From: Candidatus Oxydemutatoraceae bacterium
GTDB taxonomy: Bacteria > Pseudomonadota > Gammaproteobacteria > Poriferisulfidales > Oxydemutatoraceae
NCBI GenBank assembly: GCA_965219575.1
Contig: OZ244779.1
Location: forward strand, 812,769 to 876,768
DNA length: 64,000 nucleotides
Direction: 5' to 3'
Position numbers and translations under genes: made by a program. Every line of letters begins with the position of its first letter. Position 1 is the first letter of the stretch. Shown here piece after piece: positions 44,001 to 53,220 of this stretch. The notes below the pieces were generated by a model, which was not told where the DNA came from, did no database searches, and was given only the letters and a program-made list of their open reading frames with translations.

Positions 44001-47000
44001 CGACGGCTTTTCTAGCCGAGCAAGACCGAACCGCTGCCACTTTAAGTTTCAATGTGCCTATCGTTTTTGTATCTCGTGACGATACCGGTCGGGATGTGGA
44101 AATCACACTGACCGTTAATGATGGTTTTACGAGTAGCAGTGAGACCCGGACGGTGACCGTCGCCAAAGCCGATAACGGTCAACCGAGCTTTACCGAGACG
44201 GTGACCGTATCGTCAATAAGCATTGCCGTCGTGCCGGGGAGCGATGCCGACGGCGTCGTCACGATCGATAGTTATACTTGGCAACGCCGCAGTGCCGATG
44301 ATAGCGAATGGACGACGATTCCCGGTGAGACATCGGCAATGTTTAGCATCCCGACACAAGACAACGGTGGCACCCTGTATCGTGTGCAGGTGATGACTAC
44401 CGATGCGCAAGGCAACGATTTTACCGGTATATTAGGTCCGTATAGAAATAGAACCGATATAGACGATGACGACGACGGTTTGATAGATATCTACTACTTG
44501 GAAGACTTGGATGCGGTGCGTCATCAAACCGACGGTAGTGGCTATGGGACAACCGATATCACCCGAGGTTGCCCATCGAATAGTTGTATGGGTTATGAGC
44601 TGCGTAGAGACTTGGATTTCACGACGACCCAAAGCTATGTAGATGCGACGACAAATAGAGCGGCGTGGACGGTGGATAATTTTGCCATCGCCGGCGATAG
44701 CGGTTGGGATCCTATCGGTTCTGTTGCCAACAATAATTGTAGCGATGCGAGTAGTGATTGTTTTGCCGGTGTTTTCGAAGGCAACGGCTTTAGCATTTCC
44801 AATCTGCAAATCAATAGAGACAACACCAACGAGATCGGTATGTTTGCCGGCAATAGCAATACCGGCACCATTCGCAATCTCGGTTTGCGAGAAATAGAAG
44901 TAGAAGGTAATGTCAGGACCGGTGGGCTGGTCGGTCGCAACGAGGGTAATCTAATCAATGCCCATGTGATTGAGAGCCGCGTTCAAGGAGGAAACAATGC
45001 CGGTCTTTTAGCCGGCGTAAACGGGTCAAGTGGGTTAATCATCAACAGTTATGTGCGTGGCACTGTGGTAGGTTCTCGTTGGGTTGCCGGCATCTGTGGC
45101 ATCAACACCGGCAGAATTATCAATAGCTATGCCGAGGTCATGGCGAGCGGCGTAAGGGAAGTCGGTGGTTTGGTGGCTGAGAATCAAGGAACTATTCGCA
45201 ATAGTTATGCGATGGGTTCTGTGCGTATCACTTCTACCGATACTAATAATCGCCGAAGCGTGGGGGGTCTGATCGCTGTATTATGGACAGGCACTAATCC
45301 GAGCGTTACAAACACTTATTCGACCGTCGCAGTGACAGCCGTTTTAAGTGCTAATAACATCGGCGGTCTAATCGGCAGTAGACACTCATCCAACCCACCG
45401 ATAACCGCGAGCTACTGGGATACCGATACGAGTGAGCGAACGGCTTCTCCGGGAGGTGGCATCGCTCAGACGACCTCTGAATTGCAAATGCCGACTGCGC
45501 CGGGAACCGCACCGACCGATGTGTATTACCAATGGAGTACCGACGATTGGGATTTCGGCACCTCTCGGACTTATGCTGCATTGCGCTATGCCAGCGGCGA
45601 CGACAGCGACAACCCCGGCTGCGATGTAGATCCCGATACGCCACTGCCGCTTTGTCGTAGCTTATTGCCCGGTCAGCGTGCGGTGCCGGTTGGAGAAAAC
45701 ACCACGCCGACGATTAAAACCAATGCGTCTTTATCGATTAGCTTGGATGAAGATGCTGATACTACATTGAATGTCGTAATTAACGATGAAGATGATGATG
45801 TGCTGAGAGTCAGCATTGTTTCGAGCAATGAGGCGATTGCAACGGCAATGGTTAGCGGTGCGGGTGGCACCCGAGTGCTAGAGATTAGCGGTGTCGGTGT
45901 CGGCGATGCGACGATTACTGTGACGGTGGACGACGGCAGAGGTGAAACAAACTCTACGGCATCGTTGGTATTTAATGTGTCGGTGTCGGCAGACCCGCGA
46001 CCGATGATTACGCTGGCACCCGCAACCGATCAATCACTACCGCTCGGTAGTATGCCCGATATCATGGTTTCGGTAGCGGATGCTAATTATGGCGAGGGTG
46101 AGACGGTGACATTGGCGGCAAGGTCGTCGGACCCGACGATTGTGTCGGTGATGCCACCGACCGTTACCGGCATCATGGATAATACGGCTGAAACCTTTAG
46201 GCTAAACGCTATGCGAGGTGGGATGGCAACGATTACCTTTACCGCACAGGACAGCAACGGATTAAGCGACAGTGCCGACCTATCGGTGCGTGTCAATGCG
46301 CCGCCGACGCTGAGCGGTATTCCCGAACAAACAGTCCGGCTGCTGGAAGGTATGAATACTTCGATAGTCGTGACACCGGACGATGCGAATACCGACGATA
46401 TGCCTGCTAATTTCGTGGTGCGTGCTACATCCGATACACCCGGAGTTGCCGGGGTGAGTGTCAGTGCCGGTGGAACCACGCGCACGCTTACGATTCGCGG
46501 TATCGGTGCCGGCGATGCGACGATTACGGTGACGGTGAACGACGGTACCGGCGAAGCCAATGCGACGGCTTCATCAGTGTTTGATGTGGCGGTGGTGGAG
46601 AATACCGTTCCGACGCTACTGCTTGCATCATCGGCTCTAACGCTACCGATCAATAGCACGACCGATACCATCGTCTCGGTTGCGGACGGCAATTTTGATT
46701 TAGGCGATGTTGTCACATTGACGGCAGTGTCGTCCACCCCATCGGTGGTATCGGTGATGCCGATGCAAGCCGGTATAACAACCAATACCGGTACAACCTT
46801 TGTGCTGAATACCGATCAAGGTGGCGTATCAATGATTACCTTTACCGCAACCGACCGAGCCAGATCGGGCACTCGTGCCGACCTATCGGTGCGTGTCAAC
46901 ACACCACCGACGCTGAGCGGTATTCCCGAGCAACCGGTCAGGCTGTTGGAAGGTATGAATACCTCGATAGATGTGACGCCGGACGATGCCGATGCCGACG

Positions 47001-50000
47001 ATACTCTTGATTTAAGAATCGCCACCGACGATAGCACGATTGCGAGTGCAACGATTATCGCAACCACCGGTGCCGTGCGCACGCTTGAGATTGTCGGTGT
47101 CGGTGTCGGCAATACGACGCTTACCGTGACGGTGAACGACGGTCGAGGTGTAGCAAACTCGGTGGTTTCGGAACAATTTACGGTGCAAGTGGGAGGCAGC
47201 ATAGCCCCGATACTCGAGATTGTTGCCGCACCCGAACAGCCGATACAACTGGGTAGCACCGCACAAGTAGTGGTCGGTGTGTCGGATAGTAATTTTGACT
47301 TGGGCGATCGTATCACATTGACGGCGATGTCGTCGAGCCGAACCATCGTATCGGTGATGCCGGGACAGATTGACGATATCAGGTCGGGTACGCGTGCGAC
47401 TTTGACGCTGATGGCAAACAGAGCGGGTGTCGCGGAAATCGAAGTGACCGCAACCGACCGTGCAGATTTAAGCAGTAGTGGCACCTTGGAAGTGGTAGTC
47501 AATACCCCACCGACACCGAGTGCTCGGGTGCCGACCCGAGCTATCATCGCAACGGTCGGCGTGTCGTTTGAAAGAGATATCGGCGAGTTTTTTAGCGATG
47601 CCGACGGCGACACACTGACATACGGCATTGCAATAGAACCGACGAGTGGTTTGATAGACGGCTTCAGCACAACTAACGGCACATGGACCTTCACGGCAAC
47701 CGATGCCGATGTCAGCCGAAACACGGCAGGGTCGACGGTGACGGTGTCGGCGGATGACGGCAGAGGCGGTCGCGTGCAGGCGAGCTTCACACTATTGATA
47801 GATGCGCCGCCGACCGGTACTGTGCGCATAGCACCGGACAGCGACGATAGATGGCGGTTGCGTACGATATCAACGCTCGCCGATGCCAACGGGATTGAGA
47901 CGACGAGCTATCGGTGGTTCATTAACGACACTTTGATAGACGGCGCAACCGAGAATGACTATCGCATCCCCGACGATAGACCGTCGCGAACCGCCGGCAC
48001 ACGCTATAGGCTGGAGGCAACGGTTGTAGATAACATCGGACAATCGGTGACAACACAATCCAATGTGTATATGGTGGCGAATATCGCTCCGATGATTACG
48101 CGGGTTAATGTTGTACCGTCCCCGGTGAGCGAGGGTGGTACGGTTAGTATGACTGCCGAGGCATCCGACGAGAACTTCGATAGCTTAAGCTATAGGTGGC
48201 GTGTGAGTAGCATCAATGCCACCGAAGCCGATGTGTCGGGAGCTACGGCACTGTTAACTCTTCGCGACTACTTTGTGACCGATGCGAATGCCGCTACGGC
48301 GACGGCGATCTTTGTGGTATCAGTAAGTGACGGAACGATCGAGACGACAGGAATGTTCTCGGTGGAGGTGAACAAGGAAGATAACGGCGTGGTGTCGGTA
48401 AACAACCTCACCAGATCGCCTACGACCGAGACCCGATTGATTTTTACCGGTATAGACAAGACGACTGAGACCGACGGTGGCGTGCGCGGAAGTGCGACCT
48501 ATCACTGGCAACAGTGTCTGGGCAGTCTAGGTGATGATTGCTCGATAGATGTGGGTGTCGGTTCGGGTTGGCGGGACATCGTCGGACAGACCGGCACTTT
48601 AGGCAGCAGCGATATTTTCTACGAGGTCCCGAGCACACTGTCGGCACCTTCAAATCCAAACCATCGGGTGCGTTCGGGCGATAGGTTCCGTGTCAGGATA
48701 GCGTATACCGACTTGCAAGCCTATACGAGGAGTGTCTACTCGTCTAATCTAGGTGCAAGGCTGGGACAAAATACGACACCGACGATTATGAGCAATGCGG
48801 CGCGTGATCTGAGACTGCTGGAGGGAGGTCGCATCACGGTGCCGGTGTCGGTGGGCGATACGGACGGCGGTGTATTGAATGTAAAAGCCCTCCCAGCCGA
48901 CGATACGATTGCAAGTGCAATGATTAGCGGAGATGGAATCACCCGCACGCTTACGATTGTCGGAAAGCGTGCCGGTAAGACGATGATTACCGCAACGGTA
49001 GACGACGGCACCGGCGAAGCCAATGCGACGGCTTCTTTGGTGTTTGATGTGACGGTGGAGAAGAATACCGTTCCGACGCTATTGCTTGCATCGTCATCGG
49101 CTCTAACGCTACCGACCGATACCACGACCGATACCATCGTCTCGGTTGCGGACGACAATTTTGATTTAGGCGATGTTGTCACATTGACGGCGGTATCGTC
49201 AACCCCATCGGTGGTCTCGGTGATGCCGATGCAAGTCGATATAACGACCGATACGAGTGTGCGCTTCGTGCTGAATGCCGAGCAAGGTGGCGTGTCAATG
49301 ATTACCTTTGTTGCAACCGACCGAGCCGGATCGGACACTCGTGCCGAGCTATCGGTGCGTGTCAATACGACACCGACGCTGAGCGGTATTCCCGAGCAAC
49401 CGATTAGGCTATTGGGAGGAGTTAATCGTGAATTGGTCTTGACGATAGCCGATGCCGATGCCGACGATAGCCTTGATATAAGAATTGATAGTAGCGATAG
49501 CATGATTGCGAGCGCAACGATTATCGCAACCACCGGTGCCATGCGCACGCTTGAGATTAGCGGAGAGCGTGCCGGCAATACGACGATTACGGTGACGGTG
49601 AACGACGGCCGAAGTGTGGCAAACTCGCAAGTATCAAGACAATTTGCGGTGCAGGTAGAAGCCTCCGAAGCACCGATGATTGACATTATTTCCGCACCCC
49701 GGCAGGTGATAGAACCGGGTGGCACCGCCGACATCGTAGTTCGGGTGTCGGACGCTAATTTTGATTTCGGCGATCGTGTCGCACTGACGGCAATGTCATC
49801 TAGCCGAACGATTGTATCGGTGATGCCAGAGCAGATTGACGATATCGAGGCGGAGAGGCGTGAAACCTTGACATTGAGGGCAAACAGAGCCGGTGTCGCA
49901 GAGATTATATTGACCGCAACCGACAGCGAGGGGTTGCGCAGTAGCGAGACCGTGATGGTGAATGTCAATACACCACCGCAAGTGGTGTCGGAGCGAGTGC

Positions 50001-51196
50001 CGACCCGAGCCATCATCGCAACGATCGGCGTGCGGTTTGAGCTACAGACCGCCGACTTCTTTAGCGATGCCGACGACGATGTCTTGACCTACAATATCGC
50101 AATAGTACCGCCGAGCGACTTGACAGACGGCTTCAGCACCACTAACGGTACATGGACATTCACGGCAACCGATACCGATGCCAGCCAAAACATGACGGGT
50201 TCTATCGTGACGGTTTCGGCGGATGACGGCAGAGACGGTCGCGTGCAGGCAACCTTCACACTGCTGATAGATGCACCACCGACTGGCGATGTACGCATAG
50301 AACCGGACAGCGACGATAGATGGTTGTTGCGTACGATTTCAACGATAGCCGATGCCAACGGGATTGCGACGACGAGCTCTCGTTGGTTTATCAACGACAT
50401 TTTGATAGACGGTGCAACCGAGAATGCATATCGCATCCCCGACAACAGAGCGTCGCGAGCCGCCGGCACACGCTATAGGCTGGAGGCAACGGTTGTAGAT
50501 AATATCGGTCAATTGGTGTCGACGCGATCCAATGTGTATACGGTTGCCGACGAAAGCCCGGTGATTGTGAGCATCACCGCCCCGCAGACAATAAACGAGA
50601 CAACTCCGACACAAAACATCAATATCAGTGTGACTGCAAGCGACCCGAACTACGATGACTTGACTTATAGCTGGAGTGCAGATCCCGAGACATTAAACAA
50701 TGCAACCTCACCGACGGCAACCTTGGTTGTTCCGCCCGACTTCGTGGCTGCGGCATCCAGCGACACGACGGTGAACATAGCGGTCGTGGTAAGCGACGGG
50801 ACGGCTACTATGACAAGTATGACCTCGGTGGTGGTGAATAAGGTAAATAACGGTGCGATCACCATCACCATAGATGCGTCGATAGAAGTAGGAAGCGAGG
50901 CGACGACACTCACGGCGATGAGATTGACCGATGATCCCGACGGCAACCCGAGTGATGATGTGAGGTATCAATGGCAAATCTGCTCGGCGGAAGGGAACTG
51001 GGACAACATTACCGATGCGACCACAAGATCGTATTTAATCACATCGGATTCCGGAGGCAACAGCTTCCGTGTCCAAGCACGCTATACCGACGGACAAGGC
51101 TATATGGAGGTAGTTAATTCGCCGGCACAGTGTACCCCGTTGACTTCAGGCATCAGGATACGCGCCAAAGTATTTTTAGAAGGTCCGCTCCAGTAG
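38081..51196 (+). CDS. Giant (4371 aa) secreted GLUG-repeat and Ig/cadherin-repeat protein
   Basis: Signal peptide ...VFA-Q, four DxDxDG-GLUG modules, then many ~100-aa Thr/Val-rich beta-sandwich repeats. Ends IRIRAKVFLEGPLQ. Confidence 0.85.
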   Translation: MQINFRKYGFLLCLGLLAVQPVFAQAPSFEMACTTEDIDDDDDGLIELCYLEDVDAIRNNLSGTNLQRSGETTLDMGCPDTGCNGYELVRDLDFTTTQSYVDGVVNADWVISDEDFNNNTKLGWSPLGTFASSAVFEGNGYRISNLHIDREGSNEVGLFVGNRGTIRNFGLSEIRVEGRNEVGGLMGSNAGRLMNVYVNEDSSVTALNTAGLLAGRNESSGLIINSHVRGTVSVRLSEVGGICAYSEGRIINSYADADVSGRDFFVGGLVGEIEEAGSVINSYAAGTVSNFANQSNTGGLIGDIDDARARVSNSYSITEVGSVAGGGLSGQNSGLVRNSYWDTEASGRSTSRGGSGRTTEQLQMPTNQNAAMGIYASWSSDDWDFGTSRTYAALRYAEGDDSDNPACDVDPDTPLPPCGAVLSGQTIRDRGLSILFFVIDGVQQDNTRVLRDQPFSPAQFTYDIKMPSTMMFQLRPYAINSTETISITKQGDTENTDYFDDKNSGELSDDIMLQAATTETLTITAGDVTYTLNIEVGPANRLRIVRFDSMPGAGNLIDEGQPVSLTIGIAGGSGNYAYFLQQGDTVLEQRQSMNMTETFNVVIPPDFVAADQTTQTIVYTITVVGEFETVRADLALIAERVNNSTPQLRLNRGTGSLVVAHITDDPDGVGTFTYRWQRQITSGANWTDIPDANTDRYALSSNTTSTIRYRVMVDHTDGQGNMSSYTLGPSVIDVDRDDDGLIEIYYLDNLDAIRHQRDGSGYRSSSGATRITTGCPDTGCNGYELVGDLDFTTTQSYISGIVNDDWVLSDDDFTDTMKPGWSPLGTFASTAVFEGNGYRISNLHINRDNTNNIGLFSNNNGTIRNFGLSEIRVEGLSAVGGLVGSNESRLMNVYVDGDSSVTVRGGSIGLLAGRNESGGLIINSHVRGTASGVSFVGGICGENNGAIINSYADAEVSGTGVGTGGLVGNINDGFVINSYATGSVSGGSSSSAGLIGRVLDVRGIRNSYSIATVAASNNAEGLLAGNIIGTVRDSYWDTETSGRSTSRGGSGRTTAQLQMPTGATGIYANWSSDDWDFGDASSYPALRYAGGDDNNNPACDVAPDTSLPPCGAVLSGQTIRDRGLSILFFEVGGVQLDNARVFQDQPFSPLVFDYDITTPGRRTEIALRPYAINDTATISVLRASDNTSYFDGRHSGDLSAPIVLEAGIAEVLQLRTDGLTYNFDVIRGPQSPVEIVSFATTPSIATVNEGDAIRFQAVFRNGSGDYRYSLQQQGTVIAQGQDTTATITVTVPDTFVAAERTTQNIVYTITVDDGFDTTSTALTLTVSREDNGAPQLGLNVSPTELRITSAVDDPDGAGSFGFQWQRRDEDDSGWSNISVNDSATVPSTSVSTVRYRVIVNHTDGQGYDTTYRIGPFPIDVDGDDDGLIDVYYLEDLDAIRYQPDGSGYGLAAAESKITSGCPTNTCVGYELLRDLDFTTTQSYVDVMSNRDEWTVDDPAVATDTGWLPIATVDAPFTSLFNGNNNNISNLQINRDTVDDASIGLFAALSSSARLENVGILDVAIGGRGSVGSLVGQNEGVIANSYAQGKVEGAQHCVGGLVAFNDATGVIINSYANVMTTSTAVLSAGGLVGNNTGTIRNSYAAGDVGGVCDVGGLVAENGSGGEIVNSYAAGAVSRSGSCSDAVTRTRAGGLVADNAGLIRNSYVRGSISAGGGTAGGLVAVGASGTIESSYWDSTVNSDITADDEDGIAASTVALQTPQSAMGIYADWSSDDWDFGTAMQYPLLRYTSPTDIAIAAVCDDDLDTALPPCGSALLSQAQSGLSNLLFFVGSNAVAPEPPFSLSVLSGYTVTVENTNTIELLPYGINPLGESIAIRRVGDETATDYFEGKRSGERSLPIPLPEGVSTLEIVVGTDSDDMSSVTYSTTVTNTVNRVVVEEIIAPDRVSEGDAINLSATVTGGARTAYRYQWTSTPTAFLAEQDRTAATLSFNVPIVFVSRDDTGRDVEITLTVNDGFTSSSETRTVTVAKADNGQPSFTETVTVSSISIAVVPGSDADGVVTIDSYTWQRRSADDSEWTTIPGETSAMFSIPTQDNGGTLYRVQVMTTDAQGNDFTGILGPYRNRTDIDDDDDGLIDIYYLEDLDAVRHQTDGSGYGTTDITRGCPSNSCMGYELRRDLDFTTTQSYVDATTNRAAWTVDNFAIAGDSGWDPIGSVANNNCSDASSDCFAGVFEGNGFSISNLQINRDNTNEIGMFAGNSNTGTIRNLGLREIEVEGNVRTGGLVGRNEGNLINAHVIESRVQGGNNAGLLAGVNGSSGLIINSYVRGTVVGSRWVAGICGINTGRIINSYAEVMASGVREVGGLVAENQGTIRNSYAMGSVRITSTDTNNRRSVGGLIAVLWTGTNPSVTNTYSTVAVTAVLSANNIGGLIGSRHSSNPPITASYWDTDTSERTASPGGGIAQTTSELQMPTAPGTAPTDVYYQWSTDDWDFGTSRTYAALRYASGDDSDNPGCDVDPDTPLPLCRSLLPGQRAVPVGENTTPTIKTNASLSISLDEDADTTLNVVINDEDDDVLRVSIVSSNEAIATAMVSGAGGTRVLEISGVGVGDATITVTVDDGRGETNSTASLVFNVSVSADPRPMITLAPATDQSLPLGSMPDIMVSVADANYGEGETVTLAARSSDPTIVSVMPPTVTGIMDNTAETFRLNAMRGGMATITFTAQDSNGLSDSADLSVRVNAPPTLSGIPEQTVRLLEGMNTSIVVTPDDANTDDMPANFVVRATSDTPGVAGVSVSAGGTTRTLTIRGIGAGDATITVTVNDGTGEANATASSVFDVAVVENTVPTLLLASSALTLPINSTTDTIVSVADGNFDLGDVVTLTAVSSTPSVVSVMPMQAGITTNTGTTFVLNTDQGGVSMITFTATDRARSGTRADLSVRVNTPPTLSGIPEQPVRLLEGMNTSIDVTPDDADADDTLDLRIATDDSTIASATIIATTGAVRTLEIVGVGVGNTTLTVTVNDGRGVANSVVSEQFTVQVGGSIAPILEIVAAPEQPIQLGSTAQVVVGVSDSNFDLGDRITLTAMSSSRTIVSVMPGQIDDIRSGTRATLTLMANRAGVAEIEVTATDRADLSSSGTLEVVVNTPPTPSARVPTRAIIATVGVSFERDIGEFFSDADGDTLTYGIAIEPTSGLIDGFSTTNGTWTFTATDADVSRNTAGSTVTVSADDGRGGRVQASFTLLIDAPPTGTVRIAPDSDDRWRLRTISTLADANGIETTSYRWFINDTLIDGATENDYRIPDDRPSRTAGTRYRLEATVVDNIGQSVTTQSNVYMVANIAPMITRVNVVPSPVSEGGTVSMTAEASDENFDSLSYRWRVSSINATEADVSGATALLTLRDYFVTDANAATATAIFVVSVSDGTIETTGMFSVEVNKEDNGVVSVNNLTRSPTTETRLIFTGIDKTTETDGGVRGSATYHWQQCLGSLGDDCSIDVGVGSGWRDIVGQTGTLGSSDIFYEVPSTLSAPSNPNHRVRSGDRFRVRIAYTDLQAYTRSVYSSNLGARLGQNTTPTIMSNAARDLRLLEGGRITVPVSVGDTDGGVLNVKALPADDTIASAMISGDGITRTLTIVGKRAGKTMITATVDDGTGEANATASLVFDVTVEKNTVPTLLLASSSALTLPTDTTTDTIVSVADDNFDLGDVVTLTAVSSTPSVVSVMPMQVDITTDTSVRFVLNAEQGGVSMITFVATDRAGSDTRAELSVRVNTTPTLSGIPEQPIRLLGGVNRELVLTIADADADDSLDIRIDSSDSMIASATIIATTGAMRTLEISGERAGNTTITVTVNDGRSVANSQVSRQFAVQVEASEAPMIDIISAPRQVIEPGGTADIVVRVSDANFDFGDRVALTAMSSSRTIVSVMPEQIDDIEAERRETLTLRANRAGVAEIILTATDSEGLRSSETVMVNVNTPPQVVSERVPTRAIIATIGVRFELQTADFFSDADDDVLTYNIAIVPPSDLTDGFSTTNGTWTFTATDTDASQNMTGSIVTVSADDGRDGRVQATFTLLIDAPPTGDVRIEPDSDDRWLLRTISTIADANGIATTSSRWFINDILIDGATENAYRIPDNRASRAAGTRYRLEATVVDNIGQLVSTRSNVYTVADESPVIVSITAPQTINETTPTQNINISVTASDPNYDDLTYSWSADPETLNNATSPTATLVVPPDFVAAASSDTTVNIAVVVSDGTATMTSMTSVVVNKVNNGAITITIDASIEVGSEATTLTAMRLTDDPDGNPSDDVRYQWQICSAEGNWDNITDATTRSYLITSDSGGNSFRVQARYTDGQGYMEVVNSPAQCTPLTSGIRIRAKVFLEGPLQ
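46541..50548 (+). repeat. About 1.5-kb intragenic direct duplication (46541-48079 and 49004-50548)
   Basis: Long near-identical DNA runs such as CCGGCGAAGCCAATGCGACGGCTTC and CACGCTATAGGCTGGAGGCAACGGTTGTAGATAA appear in both copies. Confidence 0.9.
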
Positions 51197-51260
51197 GTCA
51201 ATCGGCAATTTAATTTTAGTCCGCCCCTACCACTCTATGAAGTACTTTTTCAACAGCCCA
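51190..51260. repeat. Half REP plus MITE end, overlapping the stop codon of the giant gene
   Basis: CCAGTAGGTCAATCGGCAATTTAATTTTAGTCCGCCCCTAC...TACTTTTTCAACAGCCC, nearly identical to 61335-61404. Confidence 0.88.
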
Positions 51261-51319
51261 CATTACTACTTTGCGCTTACATTTTAGAACTAAAATTTGC
51301 TTTAGCTGTAATTTTTTGT

Positions 51320-53182
51320 ATGATAAGCAGTTTATCGGATAATAATTTTAACGCTTTACGAAATATGGAAACTTTCCCTCAATTACTAATGCACCGAGCC
51401 GATATGCATGCAAGTTTGCCGGCACTACGAGTTAAACGGCTTGGTTTGTGGAAAACTCACACATGGAGTGATTTTGCACGACATGTGCAGAGTATTGCAA
51501 GCGGTTTATCGGCTATGGGTGTGCAGAAGGGGGACAAAGTGATTGTAGTCAGCGACAACACGCCCGAAGTTATGTTCATGACCTCCGCGCTTCAAGGGTG
51601 TGGAGCTATTCCGGTGCCGCTCAATGCAAACGCATCGGCGAAACTTCTGGCACATGTAATCACAAACCTAAATATCCAATATGCTTATGCGCACGATCAA
51701 CAACAAGTCGACACCTTACTCGATGCCCAGGAACAATCACTCAAGTTAAAATATATTTTCTATACCCATCCTCGCGGTTTGGCATCGTATGACCAAAACT
51801 TATTGCAAAATATAGCAAAGGTTCGGGCGCGCGGTGACGAACATGCGGCTTCGCATCCGGATGCATTCAAGTCTGCGATCAACGCCATTACGCCGAACGA
51901 TATCGCCTTTGTTTTTTTGTCTTCCGGCACCGATGCCGAACCTAAATTAGTGCCGTTGAGTTATGCCAATATGCTACATAATGCGCGCTATATTGCCGAG
52001 GTAGAACAAATCAACGAACACGACGAATTATTGTCGTTTATGCCGATTGCAATGCCGGCTAGTTTTATGTACGGACAAGCGGTTTCTTTTCTATGCGGTT
52101 TTTGTGTGAGTTACCCCGAGAGTAGCGAGACGGTTTTAGAGAACCTGCGAGAAATCGGCCCTACATTATTTTTTGCTTCTGCGCATGTCTACAAATACAT
52201 AACGACCTTAATCCATAATAGGGTTACATTCGCCGGCAATCTAACATACAAGTTGTACGATCGCTATTATGAAAGTGCTCGAATAGGAAAGTCCTCTATG
52301 ATCGGTAATTTATTAATCACCGCACCGATTAAAAATGTCTACGGTTTTAGTCATCTGAGAATAGCGGCGACGAGCGGCGATGCAATCAGTGAGAAGACCT
52401 TCAACTCATTTCGTAAATTGGGGATCGATATAAAACAAATCTACGGTTGTGCAGAAACCGGCGGTGTTATTACTATGCAGACTGCGGAAGAGAAAGAAGC
52501 ACATTCGGTAGGACATTCCATAGCCGGAAGTCAAATTAAAATTAGTGCCGACGGCGAAATTTTGTGTAAGGGTCCTAATGTTTTCAAAGCGTATACCGAT
52601 GGCACATCCGCCACCCTAGACGAGGACGGTTGGTTTCATACCGGCGATCTAGGAGTGATCAAAGGCAAGGAATTATATGTGAAGGATAGAAAAGAATTGG
52701 TTAAAGATTTAGGGGGTGACAAAAAATTGATGCCTAAGATTTTGGAAAATGCAATTAAGTCGTCTCCGTATATTCAAGACGCTTATGTGTGGGCTACCGA
52801 CGACGCAAACGTCTGTGCATTGATTGTTGCCGATGAACATACGGTTGGGTATTGGGCCGAATATCACGATGTACGTTATACCGGCTATCAGGATTTGGTA
52901 TCTAAAAAAGAAGTAGAGGAATTAATTGTTTCGCAAATTAAAGAAGCCAATGCATCTTTGACCACCGATAAGAGAAAAGTTAAATTACAAAGTTTCGTAT
53001 TACTGGCAAGAGGGTTTTCCGGCAGTTTGGGCGAATTGACATGGACCAATAAATTGTGCAGACATGTCATAAAGGAAAATTTTGCAATGATATTGAATAG
53101 CTTGGAAAGTGGAGAATCTATTATTAAGTATGACGACCCGACGATGGGTACCGAAGTTGAATACAAAGTCTGTAGCGTATAA
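51320..53182 (+). CDS. AMP-binding long-chain acyl-CoA ligase-like protein
   Basis: KRLGLWKTHTW, SSGTDAEPK, NLREIGPT, WFHTGDLG. First gene of a Liv-type ABC cluster. Confidence 0.82.
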   Translation: MISSLSDNNFNALRNMETFPQLLMHRADMHASLPALRVKRLGLWKTHTWSDFARHVQSIASGLSAMGVQKGDKVIVVSDNTPEVMFMTSALQGCGAIPVPLNANASAKLLAHVITNLNIQYAYAHDQQQVDTLLDAQEQSLKLKYIFYTHPRGLASYDQNLLQNIAKVRARGDEHAASHPDAFKSAINAITPNDIAFVFLSSGTDAEPKLVPLSYANMLHNARYIAEVEQINEHDELLSFMPIAMPASFMYGQAVSFLCGFCVSYPESSETVLENLREIGPTLFFASAHVYKYITTLIHNRVTFAGNLTYKLYDRYYESARIGKSSMIGNLLITAPIKNVYGFSHLRIAATSGDAISEKTFNSFRKLGIDIKQIYGCAETGGVITMQTAEEKEAHSVGHSIAGSQIKISADGEILCKGPNVFKAYTDGTSATLDEDGWFHTGDLGVIKGKELYVKDRKELVKDLGGDKKLMPKILENAIKSSPYIQDAYVWATDDANVCALIVADEHTVGYWAEYHDVRYTGYQDLVSKKEVEELIVSQIKEANASLTTDKRKVKLQSFVLLARGFSGSLGELTWTNKLCRHVIKENFAMILNSLESGESIIKYDDPTMGTEVEYKVCSV

Positions 53183-53220
53183 GACTTTTTGCGATCCCGA
53201 GATATTATTATGGCGACACA

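Noticed and set aside
46087-50016. Long antisense ORFs (232-426 aa) inside the giant gene, and 52888-53619
   Set aside because: Shadow frames caused by codon bias of the sense genes, with no recognisable motifs.
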